From Patiria miniata (lineage: Eukaryota): a stretch of DNA of 64,000 nt. A program made the position numbers and the translations under genes. The notes under the pieces were generated by a model. The model did not search any database and was not told the DNA's origin. It saw only the letters and a program-made list of their open reading frames with translations. Shown one piece after another: positions 26,501 through 39,106 of this stretch; position 1 is the stretch's first letter, and every line of letters begins with the position of its first letter. Location of the stretch: assembly GCF_015706575.1 (NCBI RefSeq), contig NW_024037073.1, positions 20,086,740 to 20,150,739 on the forward strand, written 5' to 3'.

Positions 26501-27855
26501 TAGGCGGGACACCACTCTTTAAGATGTCATCGGCGATTTGACTTTTTCTTCTACACTGTTTGGTACACTTTGTCTCGAAGTTTAACTTATAAAGTTAAAT
26601 GTACAACGTTACCGCAAAATGCCATTTTAGTACGACTTTTCTCATGAGTATCACGTGATTCATAGCTGCCCTAGATCTGAAACCAAAATAATTTATAGGA
26701 AGCCTCTAGTTCTCAATAACTGACCATCAAACATAATTCGGACATGTTGCATTTTCGGCACACTTTTTCCTGAAATCCGCATAAAATATATAAAATAAAG
26801 TAAATTTGGCGGTGAGAGCCCATTTTGTTATGCCATTGTCACGTGACAGATACACCCCACACACCTGAAACCAAAATAGAGTGTAGGCGGGACACCACTC
26901 TTTAAGATGTCATCGGCGATTTGACTTTTTCTTCTACACTGTTTGGTACACTTTGTCTCGAAGTTTAAGTTTTATGTTGTTCAACCGCAAAATGCTATTT
27001 TAGTACGATTTTTTCTCAGGACGAGTATCACGTGATTCATAGTTGCCCTAGATCTGAAACCACAATAATTTGTAGGAGGCCTCTAGTCCTCAATAACTGA
27101 CCATCAAACATAATTCGGACATGTTGCATTTTCGGCACACTTTTTCCTGAAATCCGCATAAAATATATAAAATAAAGTAAATTTGGCGGTGAGAGCCCAT
27201 TTTGTTATGCCATTGTCACGTGACAGATACACCCCACACACCTGAAACCAAAATAGAGTGTAGGCGGGACACCACTCTTTAAGATGTCATCGGCGATTTG
27301 ACTTTTTCTTATACACTGTTTGGTACACTTTGTCTCGAAGTTTAAGTTTTATGTTGTTCAACCGCAAAATGCTATTTTAGTACGATTTTTTCTCAGGACG
27401 AGTATCACGTGATTCATAGTTGCCCTAGATCTGAAACCACAATAATTTGTAGGAGGCCTCTAGTCCTCAATAACTGACCATCAAACATAATTCGGACATG
27501 TTGCATTTTCGGCACACTTTTTCCTGAAATCCGCATAAAATATATAAAATAAAGTAAATTTGGCGGTGAGAGCCCATTTTGTTATGCCATTGTCACGTGA
27601 CAGATACACCCCACACACCTGAAACCAAAATAGAGTGTAGGCGGGACACCACTCTTTAAGATGTCATCGGCGATTTGACTTTTTCTTCTACACTGTTTGG
27701 TACACTTTGTCTCGAAGTTTAAGTTTTATGTTGTTCAACCGCAAAATGCTATTTTAGTACGATTTTTTCTCAGGACGAGTATCACGTGATTCATAGTTGC
27801 CCTAGATCTGAAACCACAATAATTTGTAGGAGGCCTCTAGTCCTCAATAACTGAC
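23535..27855 (-). repeat. ~390-430-bp satellite in reverse orientation, about 10 copies. Forms the right arm of the large palindrome.
   Basis: Reverse complement of the 9800-11565 and 18905-20625 units. Followed by 27856-28050, the reverse complement of 9690-9900. Confidence 0.9.
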
Positions 27856-29419
27856 CATCAAACATAATACTGACGTCCTTCATTTTCGGTACACTCCTCG
27901 ATGAAATCCGCATTAAATATATAAAAATTTATCACATCAATAATGTTGTTTATTGGCCTCCGTACTTTATGAATACGCGGCTGAATACACGGCTGAATAC
28001 GCGGCTGTGGTATCTGGCCGAATACGCGGCCAGGTTCACTCTGGTGCACGACCCACGCCGCAGGCCTGGTGGTAGTCTGGTTCCCAGGCCTGACAATTAT
28101 TCCCGACGCTCACGTCTAAATAAGGCTGCATCCGAATTAACTGTCTAGAGCTAGGTCTAGGTCCACGCCACTGATCTCTATAATTATAAAGACTGGATAG
28201 CGGATATGCATACAACATTCACACAGTAGACTTTGCATATTGACCAATTCGCCCCCGGTCTCACGAAGATGGCCGCGTATAATACGAACGTTCTACGCGT
28301 AAATACGCGCGCGTTGTATCAACAGTTGACGCGCATTTTGGTCACGTACACATATTATGATGTTCTAAAAGGAACACATTTCCGTAGTGATTATTATTTC
28401 AAAAACGCCGAAAAAGTGATTTGCGGCATTATAATAGTATAACCACTACGTTAGAAAAATTGTTGTAAACCTTGGTCAGTTGGTCAGTGGTGGTGGCCAA
28501 AATATAAGTCAAGTGAGCCGCGACGTTACAAAAGAAATCAAGCTGTCTAAAAAAGACGGCAACTTGTCCTTTGTATCTCACCAGCCGGTCTCACCAATAT
28601 GGCGTCAAATTCGTACATTGTGCGGCTCTTTATTAGCTATCCAGTCTTTATATAGAGATCAGTGGTCCACGCCCATCCGGTTCGTTAGTATAAAAAAAAA
28701 AAGACGCGCACCCACCACTGATTACTAGCGTCCATTGGCTACAAACGCTCGAGCTGCGTTAACTTCCGGTTCCAATCGTGCAGAAAGTGCTGGAGGTGAC
28801 GTCACACTAACGAACCGGATTGAAAATACGTGAGAACGCGCTGACAATAGACTTTATAGCCGTAGCTCTGAAGCCCGTTTCGGACACGGCCTCATCAACC
28901 CAACCTCGTCCCCAGGGTGTCGAGCAGTACGCGCCCACCACTACCTGCTCTCTCACCCTGGTATTGGATCATTTGCATGTGCAAGATTTTTGCACACGTA
29001 TGCAAATGAGGAACAGTCAGGTGCCTGGATATGCGTTACACATTAGCGTTTGTTTTTGTATGCGGTGTCTGGGGTAAAAACAGAGTCAATTCGTAGCAGC
29101 GCGAGCACGGTGTGAGTTACGAAAACACGATTTCTGAAATCAAACTGTTACGATCTTATTGAGACAACATGCAGTATCATATTTCATATTAATATGAGCA
29201 AATTGGAAAGGAAATTAGTATTTTCGAGAAGGCGTGGACGATGATGATCGCGAAAACACGTACTGCACGTTGTGAATATATAGCACCAAGTACACGATAA
29301 AAATCCATTACTAGCCAATTGCGGTATCCAATGAGGATACAGGAAGAAAGTTTCCTATCCAGGGTTTACTATTGGAAACGTACGAAAGCCCATTAGCGCC
29401 ACTGCAAGTATATATGTTA

Positions 29420-30670
29420 CAGCTTATGTAATTCGTTATTACGGATTATTAATTCGTTATTACGGATTACTTAATTCGTTATTACGGATTATTAATTCGT
29501 TATTACGGATTACTTAATTCGTTATTACGGATTATTAATTCGTTATTACGGATAATTAATTCGTTATTACGGATTATTTAATTCGTTATTACGGATTATT
29601 AATTCGTTATTACGGATTACTAATTCGTTATTACGGATTATTAATTCGTTATTACGGATTACTTAATTCGTTATTACGGATTATTAATTCGTTATTACGG
29701 ATTATTAATTCGTTATTACGGATTATTTAATTCGTTATTACGGATTATTAATTCGTTATTACGGATTACTAATTCGTTATTACGGATTATTTAATTCGTT
29801 ATTACGGATTATTAATTCGTTATTACGGATTAAGTCTGATGTTCTCACACGTAGAGAGCACGTGACCAGGGGCCTATGTATATAGCGCCGCTAGGCGGCG
29901 CTATCTTTGCATACAACGTTTGCTTTACACCGGCACCACTCCTGTGCCATACTTGCCGAGTAATGACTCAGAACGTATGAGTAATTCGTAATAACGAATT
30001 AATAATCCGTAATAACGAATTAAATAATCCGTAATAACGAATTAGTAATCCGTAATAACGAATTAAATAATCCGTTATAACGAATTAATAATCCGTAATA
30101 ACGAATTAATTAATCCGTAATAACGAATTAATAATCCGTAATAACGAATAAATAATCCGTTATAACGAATTAATAATCCGTTATTACGAATTAGTAATCC
30201 GTAATAACGAATTAAATAATCCGTTATAACGAATTAATAATCCGTAATAACGAATTAATTAATCCGTAATAACGAATTAATAATCCGTAATAACGAATTA
30301 ATAATCCGTTATAACGAATTAATAATCCGTTATTACGAATTAGTAATCCGTAATAACGAATTAAATAATCCGTTATAACGAATTAATAATCCGTAATTAC
30401 GAATTAATTAATCCGTAATAACGAATTAATAATCCGTAATAACGAATTAATAATCCGTAATAACGAATTAAATAATCCGTTATAACGAATTAGTAATCCG
30501 TAATAACGAATTAAATAATCCGTAATAACGAATTAATAATCCGTTATAACGAATTAGTAATCCGTTATAACGAATTAAATAATCCGTAATAACGAATTAA
30601 TAATCCGTTATAACGAATTAGTAATCCGTAATAACGAATTAATAATCCGTAATAACGAATTAAATAATCT
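29420..30670. repeat. Palindromic tandem array of a ~22-bp unit (ttaattcgttattacggatta): + orientation 29420-29830, unique centre 29830-29985, - orientation 29985-30670.
   Basis: Direct reading. Flanks 29330-29420 and 30670-30760 are also mutually inverted. Confidence 0.9.
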
Positions 30671-31639
30671 GCAACATATATACTTGCAGTGGCGCTAATG
30701 GGCTTTCGTAGAAACGCCGTTGGAAATAAAGTAAGTACTGGGGACGAGGTTGTCATCAACCATCATCAGGAATAGTCAGAATCTTTTGGTCTGGGAACTG
30801 GACTACCACCGGGCCTGCGGCGTGCCTTGGCACGCGTGATTGACAGGTGAACGATCCCTGCATATTGGTTCGTATCCCGTCAGGTATTGCGCGAGGTCAT
30901 TGTTCAGTTGGACCGAAAAGTTGCCAAGAAGGCTCCAGAAAATATCGTAAATTATGCAGCAGCTGGGCAACTGACACTGGAAGCAGGTTCAAACTTTGTT
31001 ATTAAGAGGGTGAGTGTATTTTTAAAGCATAAATGAACTGGGTCTGAAGTCGCAATGTGGAAATCACTTTGAAAACTTCGCCGAGTAGGTTCAGTGATGG
31101 CGGATGTGTGGCCTATGTTTACGGCGGCAGTCCAGTAAACTGGCCACATTTGGGGCTACTGATTTGGTAGACATGCGTAATGCATTACCCGTTGTGAATT
31201 GACCAATGAAAATGCAGAATTACTAACGTAAATCAGCCGTCGTCTGGCGCCAGACAGCACGCGTGCCATGGCGCGGGTGCTGTTGCTGGTAACCGCAAAC
31301 CACCGTTAGATGATTGGTTTATATTGCTTGATTTATATTATTACGTGAATAAATGAATAAGTGATTAGTTCCACGAGATAGTAAAGGCCCTCGCGGTTTC
31401 GCCGCTCGTGCTAGTCTTTTTACGTGCCAGCCTCCGGGGTGCGTTACGTGTCCGGATGGTCCGGGTATAGGCGCGTGGGACTTGACTAAAGGCTATATCC
31501 GTGTAGGCACCTGCGACAGCTGAAGTGCACAAAATCTTGCAGGTCAATCCAGAAAACCAATCCAGAAAACGAGATAAAAAAATAATTTTGGATGTCCCTC
31601 TAGGGGCTCCGTAACTTCATAAAACTCCGTAACTCCGTA

Positions 31640-31945
31640 AAATGTATCTCATAAAAACGAACTTCGAGAAAATGTATCTCATAAAAACGAACTTCGAGAA
31701 AATGTATCTCATAAAAACGAACTTCGAGAAAATGTATCTCATAAAAACGAACTTCGAGAAAATGTATCTCATAAAAACGAACTTCGAGAAAATGTATCTC
31801 ATAAAAACGAACTTCGACAAAATGTATCTCATAAAAACGAACTTCGACAAAATGTATCTCATAAAAACGAACTTCGACAAAATGTATCTCATAAAAACGA
31901 ACTTCGGACAAAATGTATCTCATAAAAACGAACTTTGACAAAATA
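31640..31945 (+). repeat. Minisatellite of a 30-bp unit (aaaatgtatctcataaaaacgaacttcgag), 10 copies.
   Basis: Perfect and near-perfect tandem copies. The six-frame ORFs here show repeating decapeptides, a repeat artefact. Confidence 0.95.
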
Positions 31946-33944
31946 TATACAGGGCTTTCGTAAGAAACATTTATATCTTGAAATTGTCCAGCAATGTACC
32001 GTTATTATTGCCTGTCTAACTTACTAATGTACAACAGAACGGGAAATAACCAGAGTTTAACTTACCCACTTCCGTGAAATATGCCGAACCGATGAAGAAA
32101 CACCGTGTGTGGTGTGTTGCAAGGCACTTGTGCAATGGTGGCTACGCACGGACCAATCAGCGTTCAGCACATTAGCTAGACGCCTACCTAGTTGCTATTA
32201 CTAGCGATTACATCATAATTTTTGCTCGCGGCAAAGGTAAATAAAAATCAATGACTGTATACATTGTACCTACGGACGTCATCATATAAAGTGACAAAAT
32301 AAAAGCTCAAACAAAGCAAACTAAAGACTGCTGACCCTTGCAGAAGACGGGACCATAGTTTCGTTTTACATATTCAATATTGACAGAAGTTACTTTCCGT
32401 ACCAACGGTAGTTTATACGGGAAAAAAATAAGATAAATATATTGCGGAAACAGCCTTATAATAGTATAAGTAGTAAATTATACTAGGCTAATGCGTGGAA
32501 ATTTTTACTTAAACAAAAATCGATAGGCCTTAGTGACTGCCCAGCAAGATTTTACAAATGATTTCATTATTTACCTAACACATTTGATCGTCAAAATTAC
32601 CCAGAAACATTTTGTATTGAATCACTGACCGGTATTATCCCGGATCCAAAGTAGGCCTACAAGTGCAGGCATCGAACAGTACTAGAAATTGTAATCTCAT
32701 CTTCATGTAGAAATGGTAAATTATAGAAAAACTCAATTCTAGAAAAATCTGAAGATGCTATTAAAGATGTTGATATAGATAGCCCAAAAAATGCTGATGC
32801 AAGCAACTGCCTAGTGAGTCACACTGCTTAACATCGTGGAGGTGCAACCATCATTTCATAATATGTCATCAGCACTTTAGGTCAACCTATTTATTGGGAC
32901 GGGGCTGATATGAATCAACATCTAGCATTGTTGTGCAATTATTGTTCACAGCTTAACTTTCTCTTCAAGACTTGTCCGCATCCCTTAAGTTGTGGCCTTC
33001 TAATAATAATAGTGAGTGTCTTACTAGCGCAGCGATGGGGGGGGGGGTGAAGAATGCATATTTTACAGACAACAAAATGGGTTATAAACAAATGTCATTC
33101 AGCTTCCCAAAAAAATTAAGAAAATAAAAAATCTTACCGAAAAAAAACACCTACCTATAGAAACGGGTGGTGCAATATAGTAATATCACCACAGAACCCG
33201 GATGCTATTCGTGAACCTTTGATCGAAAATAATTGTCTGAAGATAACATATCTTATTGACATCACAAAGGTCATCAATATTTACACAATATGCAATATAA
33301 ACACATCACTTTCCCGTGAAAAAAGGTGAGCTATCTTAATATGATTTTTTTCTAAAAGTTAATTTATTAAAACAAACAGTTCAGAATTTTTTTTATGAAA
33401 CAAAGGGGCTGGATAAGGGGCCGGGGTCGCCAAAAACAGATTTTAGTACTCGCTGCTTAGGCCTAAAGATAGTTTTCCGTGGTCTTTAAAAAAAATTGTC
33501 CTAAAGAATTTCAATTTGTATGTTCTGTTTTTACGGGGGGACCTACTTTTTAAAAGGGGCTTTCATTTTGCACCCGATTAACCCGCCCTGCGAGAGCCGT
33601 ATTGTTGTCCCAGGCCGCAAATTAAGTAGATTTTATAGTTCGATAAAACGAACGTCGGTGGATTTTTTTCGCTCGATGTCTGATTCAAAAGTGAATAACT
33701 TTCATATTGCTAGGAAAACTGAAAAAAAGGTTTCGGGTTCAAACTCGATGTAACACGGGAAATACGTCTTTGAGATAAGTCAGAATCAGACTGTATTCCA
33801 CCCCCTCCCCCCCCCAAAAAAAACACCCAGAAAATGGAAACATTGTTTTATTAGGCCCAGGCTATATAATGAGCAATCAGGCTCCATCACAATAGACCAG
33901 TGCTGTCATTATTTCCATTCAAAGAAAGGTGTATGTCCAGCACT

Positions 33945-34195
33945 GATCTCTATTATACTGACTGGACAGCGCTTCGGGCCGTGGGGGTGAAGTCACTGGA
34001 CGCCATTTTGACAATCCCTCGTAAAAATATATGCAAAGTCATGAAATAAAATTCTTTATTTGAACAAAATCTATAACATGAGTAAAATAACACTGTGGGC
34101 ATGGCCGCCGCGTGTGTGCGAGGGCGTCAAGGTCTTGTGCAGACGCATATGGTCGAAGCGCTATCCAGTCAGTATAAAAGAGATCAGCGATGTCT
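33945..34195. mobile_element. ~250-bp foldback element with ~45-bp TIRs (tgatctct(a/t)ttatactgactgga(c/t)agcgcttcg).
   Basis: 33945-33995 is the reverse complement of 34145-34195. Confidence 0.5.
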
Positions 34196-34439
34196 AGCTG
34201 GGCCTGGGGGGGGGGGGCAATGCTGCTGGAACCTGGAGTGCAGCATACCGGTGTTCCACACGGATTGACGGAAATTGGACGCTCACTATTTCAGTTATTC
34301 GATTTATTACGCACTACGATCATTTCAAAGAGAACTTAAGGGGCCGACCCCCCCCCCCCCCCCCCCCCCGCTCGAGGTATATGCCCGCACTCCATCCCTT
34401 TGGCCAAGTGACCCCCGCTTTTAGTATCTTTGGTCATCC

Positions 34440-35830
34440 CCCTCTCGCCGACACGGATTTACGCCACTGCCCTTGGGTGACGCTGGGACGTCTTTAAGGC
34501 CGGTTTTCTCCGTGATGACCAAAAAAGTTCTTTGTGGTGACTACAACATTGGTTTGTTGTTATATTTTATAGACTTATTTTACCTATCCTGAACATTTAT
34601 TAAAGGAAGTTTCAAACCAGTCTGGTAGGCATTGATTGAGTAAGTGTTCAAGCAACGCGTGGGTTGTTTCTGCGTGTTCAATAGTACGGAATATTTTCTT
34701 TACACTGGGACGTCTTTAAGGCAGGTTTTATCCGTGATGACAAAAAAAACTTTTTGGGGTGATTACAACATTGTTTTGTCTTTATACTTTATAGACTTAT
34801 TTACATTTCCTTAACAATAATTGATGGTAATTTCAAACTAGTCCGGTAGGTATTGATTGCGTTATTGTTCAAGCAACGCGTGTTTTTTTGGGTTTTTTTG
34901 CGTTTTAAAAAGTCTGGAGTATTTTCTGTACATTTAGACGTCTTTAAGACAGATTTTCTCCGTGATTACACAGTTATTTGTTTCCGTTAACTGCAACATT
35001 GGTTTGCCTTAATACTTCAAAGGCTTATTCAACCTGCACTTAACAATAATTAACGGAAATTCCAAAACAGTACGATAAGTATTAAATGAGTTATTGTTCA
35101 AGCAACGCGTGGATTGTTCCTGCGTGTTCAATAGTCGGGAGTATTTTCTGTACACTGGGACGTCTTTCATGCAGTTTTTACCCGTGATGACAAAAAGTAT
35201 CTTTGTGGTGACTACAACATTGGTTTGTCTTAATACTTTATAGACTTATTTTACCTGTCCTTAACAATAATTAATGGTAATTTCAAACCAGTTCGGTAGG
35301 TATTGATTGCGTTATTGTTCAAGCAACGCGTGGATTGTTTCTGCTAGTTCAATAGTCGGGAATATTTTCTGTACACTGGGACGCCTTTCATGCAGGTTTT
35401 ATCCGTGATGACAAAAAAGTTCTTTGCTGTGACCACAATATTGGTTTGTCTTTATATTTCATAGGCTTATTTAACCTATCCTTAACATTGATTAAAAGAA
35501 ATTCCAAAACAGTACAATAAGTATTCAATGAGTTATTGTTCAAGCAACGCGTGAGTTGTTTCTGCGTGTTCAATAGTCTGAAATATTTTCTGTACACTGG
35601 GACGTCTTTAAGGCAGGTTTTATCCGTGATGGCAAAAAAAAAGTTTTTGGGTGACTACAACATTGGTTTGTCTTGATACTTCATAGACTTATTTTACCTA
35701 TCCTTAACAAAAATTAATGGAAATTTCAAACTAGTCCGGTAGGTATAGATTGCGTTATTGTTCAAGCAACGCGTGTGTTGTTTCTGCGTGCTAAAAAGTC
35801 AGGCGTATATTCTGTACATTTAGACGTCTT
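34440..35830 (+). repeat. Tandem array of a ~220-bp unit (about 6.3 copies). It continues at 36700-37130 after two inserted small elements.
   Basis: Recurring ...cactgggacgtctttaaggcaggttttatccgtgatgac...ggtttgtctt(t/a)atactttatagacttatt...gttcaagcaacgcgtg... with period ~220-230. Confidence 0.9.
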
Positions 35831-35833
35831 TAA

Positions 35834-36345
35834 AGCTATAGTCCATCATTTGCAGCCATCCGAAAAGTAACTGGCGTAATTATTGTTGAAAAACAAACTT
35901 GGTTGAAAGATAGTAAGGGAACTAAACTCCCTGTGAAATTATTCCTTCTGGGAAGCTGTCATTTTGAAGTAATCAACGAAAGAAGGCATTTCCAACGGTG
36001 ATTCTTAAGAAGCACCGTATAGGAAAATTTAAATTAGTAGTTCGTTTTGTTATTCAGCGCAGCGCGCACAAGTATTGGAACGACGCACACGCGCGCGCGG
36101 TTGTTATAATTCGTCGGATCAGTGCGCTACGTCGCGTATGGCTGCAATTCAAAACAATTCAAACATGATTCAGTAACTTTTGATTTGAAATTGAGATCTT
36201 AGAATGCTGTTTTTCTCGATATGTACAGCTGAAGCTTAGCTGAAACTTCATCAGGTTAGTTGTTCAGTATCCTTCATTAGATTTTGAACCCTTTTGTTGC
36301 TTCAAACGAACAAAATGCACAAATTACAAATGATGGACTATAGCT
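35834..36345. mobile_element. ~510-bp MITE-like element with 19-21-bp TIRs (agctatagtccatcatttg ... caaatgatggactatagct), flanked by TTAA on both sides. Inserted in the 220-bp satellite.
   Basis: TIRs at 35834-35852 and 36327-36345. TTAA lies at 35830-33 and 36346-49. A related, more diverged copy of the internal sequence is at 700-1050. Confidence 0.6.
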
Positions 36346-36362
36346 TTAAGGCCAAAAAAAAA

Positions 36363-36695
36363 AGTCTCCGGTTTCTGGTATGCGCGCGCGTCGCCATGCG
36401 CGTCGGCAAAATGAAAAAGTTGTTTTTTTCAATGAAAGATGATGTCTCAAAACCGGCAAACTCACTGGTTTGACTGGAATCCTGCTGCTGCACAATTTAA
36501 CGTGTTTTTAGATTGGGTCATGGTCGAGAATAAGCTTTATGTGGCCTCTCTGGACTCCCATATATTTGCACTAAGTTTAGTCGGGCACCATTTGCAGTCA
36601 TCAGCCGATATTTGAAGCAAAACAATCAGGTAAAAAAAAAAAAGCCGCGTCGCCGCACCACTTTTTGGGCAAGCTCCATACCAGAAACCGGAGAC
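36363..36695. mobile_element. ~330-bp MITE-like element with 18-bp TIRs (gtctccggtttctggtat / ataccagaaaccggagac), adjacent to the previous element.
   Basis: TIRs at 36363-36380 and 36678-36695. Interior is GC-rich (gcgcgcgcgtcgccatgcgcgtcggc). Confidence 0.55.
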
Positions 36696-36699
36696 ATTT

Positions 36700-37130
36700 T
36701 GTTGTGGCCTAAGACAAGTTTTCTCCGTGATTACATAATTATTTTTTTAGTGACTGCAACTTTGGTTTGCCTTAATACTTTATATGCTTATTTAACCTGC
36801 ACTTAACAATAATTAACGGTAATTCCAAAACAGTACGATAAGTATTTAATGAGTTATTGTTCAAGCAACGCATGGCTTGTTTCTGTGTGTTCAATAGTCA
36901 GGAGTACTTTTTGTACACTGGGACGAATTTAAGGCAGGTTTTCTTCGTGATTACACAATTATTTCTTTTGGTGACTGCAACATTGATTTGTCTTAATACT
37001 TTATAGGCTTATTTAACCTGTACTTAACAATAATTAACGGAAATTCCAAAACAGTACGGTAAGTATTTAATGAGTTATTGTTCAAGCAACGCATGGGTTG
37101 TTCTTGCGTGTTCAATAGTCGGGACGGACA
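36700..37130 (+). repeat. Continuation of the ~220-bp tandem array, about 2 copies.
   Basis: Same unit as 34440-35830. Confidence 0.85.
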
Positions 37131-38111
37131 TTATGCTTGTACGGATTATGAAAAGTTAGTTTGATATTACAATGATACATGACAAGTTTAATATTGATCG
37201 GTTTCGTTTGGTTTATTTAGCAAAATCTAGTATAAACGAGAACTGGTTGTTGCGTTCAGCGTGCTAGTTTTGAGATTCATCCCCCAAAATAAATTCTTTT
37301 TTTCTATTAACATTTTTCTAGCAATACAAAGGTTAATATTCACTTTTGAATGATGCATCGACCGAAATAAATCGGCCGTATTTAGTTACTCAATTATTAC
37401 TTTACAATTTCGAATTATTGGCCGTCAGACAATAGTCGTCCTCGCGGGTCAGAAGAGCACGGGGAACGTAACTTTAAACAAACAAGTTGTATATTTATTC
37501 TTGTGCTTTATACTCGAATATTTATACCTACTATCACCTTAGCCAAACTGGGGATAATGATATAATTTTCTGCCTGCGACCTTTAAAGGGAATGTACAAC
37601 ATTTGCTTTTGCTGCAATTATCAGAAATAATGAATTTGGAGAATCACTGTTAAAATGACTTATTTCACGTTTTGGGCTTGTAGATGCTGGAAAAACTAAG
37701 AAAACCAATCATGTTCTTATAGTCTGGTTCCCTGACCTCACTTAGGACGAAACGGAGCAATTTATAGACTTTGGGGAATTGTGAGGTAAGAGAATCGGTC
37801 TAGCAGGCTTGTACCCCTTCACAGGTGTGTAATCAATAATTGCACAGAAAATGCGGAATAACTAATTATGAAAAATTAGTAGCACTTTTTGAAAAAAAAC
37901 GCTGGTCGGCTGACCAGCATTGGAAAAATACCATTTTTCTTGAAAATGTCAGCACACTAGGAGCCACGATTTTACAGGTTGCTTTAGACTGTCATTCCCT
38001 AACAATCCAGTTAGGTATTTCGTGATAATGTGATCATTTCGTTTTTTGATGTTTGCAAAATGTCGTATCTTCCCTTTAAGCATCCTTATCAGGATTATTA
38101 TGACATCAAAA

Positions 38112-38744
38112 TTAAAGTTCTGCCGTGCACGGATTTTGCTGGCAGAGTTCTTCACCTCCGAATTCCAGGGCTGCTCCTTTAAATACCTTCCTCTCCACGA
38201 GCTGGTAGCTGAAGTAGCGTCTTTCATACACAGAAATATCTACCGTCGCAGAATAACTCTCGACCAAGACGTTTTGGAATCCGTACTCCGTCGGGCCCCT
38301 GAGACACTTCTGCAGGGTCGCGGGAGGGGCACTGGCGTCCACAACGACCTTGTACCAAAACGATTCCACTTCGATTCTCGCCACACCGCTGCATCCGTCG
38401 GCGGTTATTCGGGTGACCGAATTGTCCGGGCGGAAGTCCAGTTCCAGGCCGGTGCCGGTGCCGTAGTCTCGGAAACCGAATAGATGAGCCGGTATCGATA
38501 CTCCCCCCGCGAACCTCAGCCTGCCGAAACTCCCCGCGAAGGCTGCGGAGCTGGTTGCATCGACGCCCTGCATCCAGATCCAAGATGGCGGAAAGCCGTC
38601 TCCCCAGTTCTTCTCCTGGTGCATCGTGGCGTTACCGTGGAGACTGAGACCCTCTGCGCTGTTCTCCCAGGTGTAGGTCCCGACCGATGCGAGGCTGTAG
38701 ACGAACCAGTGGAGCGGGACAAACGGGAGATTACTGAGCCAGCC
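38112..38744 (-). CDS. Same gene, terminal exon 2 (GWLSNLPFVPLHWFVYSLASVGTYTWENSAEGLSLHGNATMHQEKNWGDGFPPSWIWMQGVDA...QQNPCTAEL*).
   Basis: Open frame extends upstream of ORF 38112..38624(-) to a phase-0 acceptor cccgag| (plus 38746-45) that matches the phase-0 donor of exon 1. An alternative phase-1 acceptor lies at plus 38754-53. Stop at 38114-12. The EGWYAR / WGDGFP..WIW motifs may relate to tocopherol-cyclase-like proteins, stated from memory only. Confidence 0.5.
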   Translation of the reverse strand, partial: GWLSNLPFVPLHWFVYSLASVGTYTWENSAEGLSLHGNATMHQEKNWGDGFPPSWIWMQGVDATSSAAFAGSFGRLRFAGGVSIPAHLFGFRDYGTGTGLELDFRPDNSVTRITADGCSGVARIEVESFWYKVVVDASAPPATLQKCLRGPTEYGFQNVLVESYSATVDISVYERRYFSYQLVERKVFKGAALEFGGEELCQQNPCTAEL

Positions 38745-39066
38745 CTCGGGACCTGAGAATGGGACAAAATTATTCCATCATGATAATGACACAGGCCTAT
38801 ACTTGCTGCAACAAATTAAGAAGGTTATAAATACCGACAGTGTTATTTAACAACCGCCCCTTGTATTCATGTTTATATAGATCGGTCCCAGCTGGAATGG
38901 ACAAACTGACTTCACCGAGTCGAAATTGCGGCCGTTTTAGATGTGTCCAACAGTCACTCACTTCCCAACGCACACTTGCCCAAAGTGGCGATATACTGAC
39001 AGGGCACGTGGCGCGACGCCCCCATGCAGCTGGAGTCCTGTGAGCCCCATGACAGTGGCGTAGCCA

Positions 39067-39106
<40 letters not shown>

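Noticed and set aside
28233-29077. Three short plus-strand ORFs (69-85 aa) in the unique segment between the satellite and the 22-bp array.
   Set aside because: No splice-site support and no recognisable motifs. The segment shares fragments with the inverted-duplication arms (e.g. 28905-28945 vs 2095-2130), so it is most likely repeat-associated non-coding sequence.
31600-31941. Three overlapping six-frame ORFs (91-113 aa) with repeating decapeptides (MYLIKTNFEK etc.).
   Set aside because: They coincide exactly with a perfect 30-bp tandem minisatellite. The periodic peptides are a repeat artefact, not coding sequence.
31640-31945. Considered whether this or the 22-bp arrays could be a CRISPR-like repeat-spacer array.
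   Set aside because: The units are contiguous with no unique spacers, and the genome is eukaryotic (spliced genes, SINEs). These are satellites and minisatellites.
38046-38483. Plus-strand ORF of 145 aa.
   Set aside because: It is antisense to the better-supported minus-strand terminal exon (38112-38744). The composition is Arg-rich and low complexity, with no splice support.
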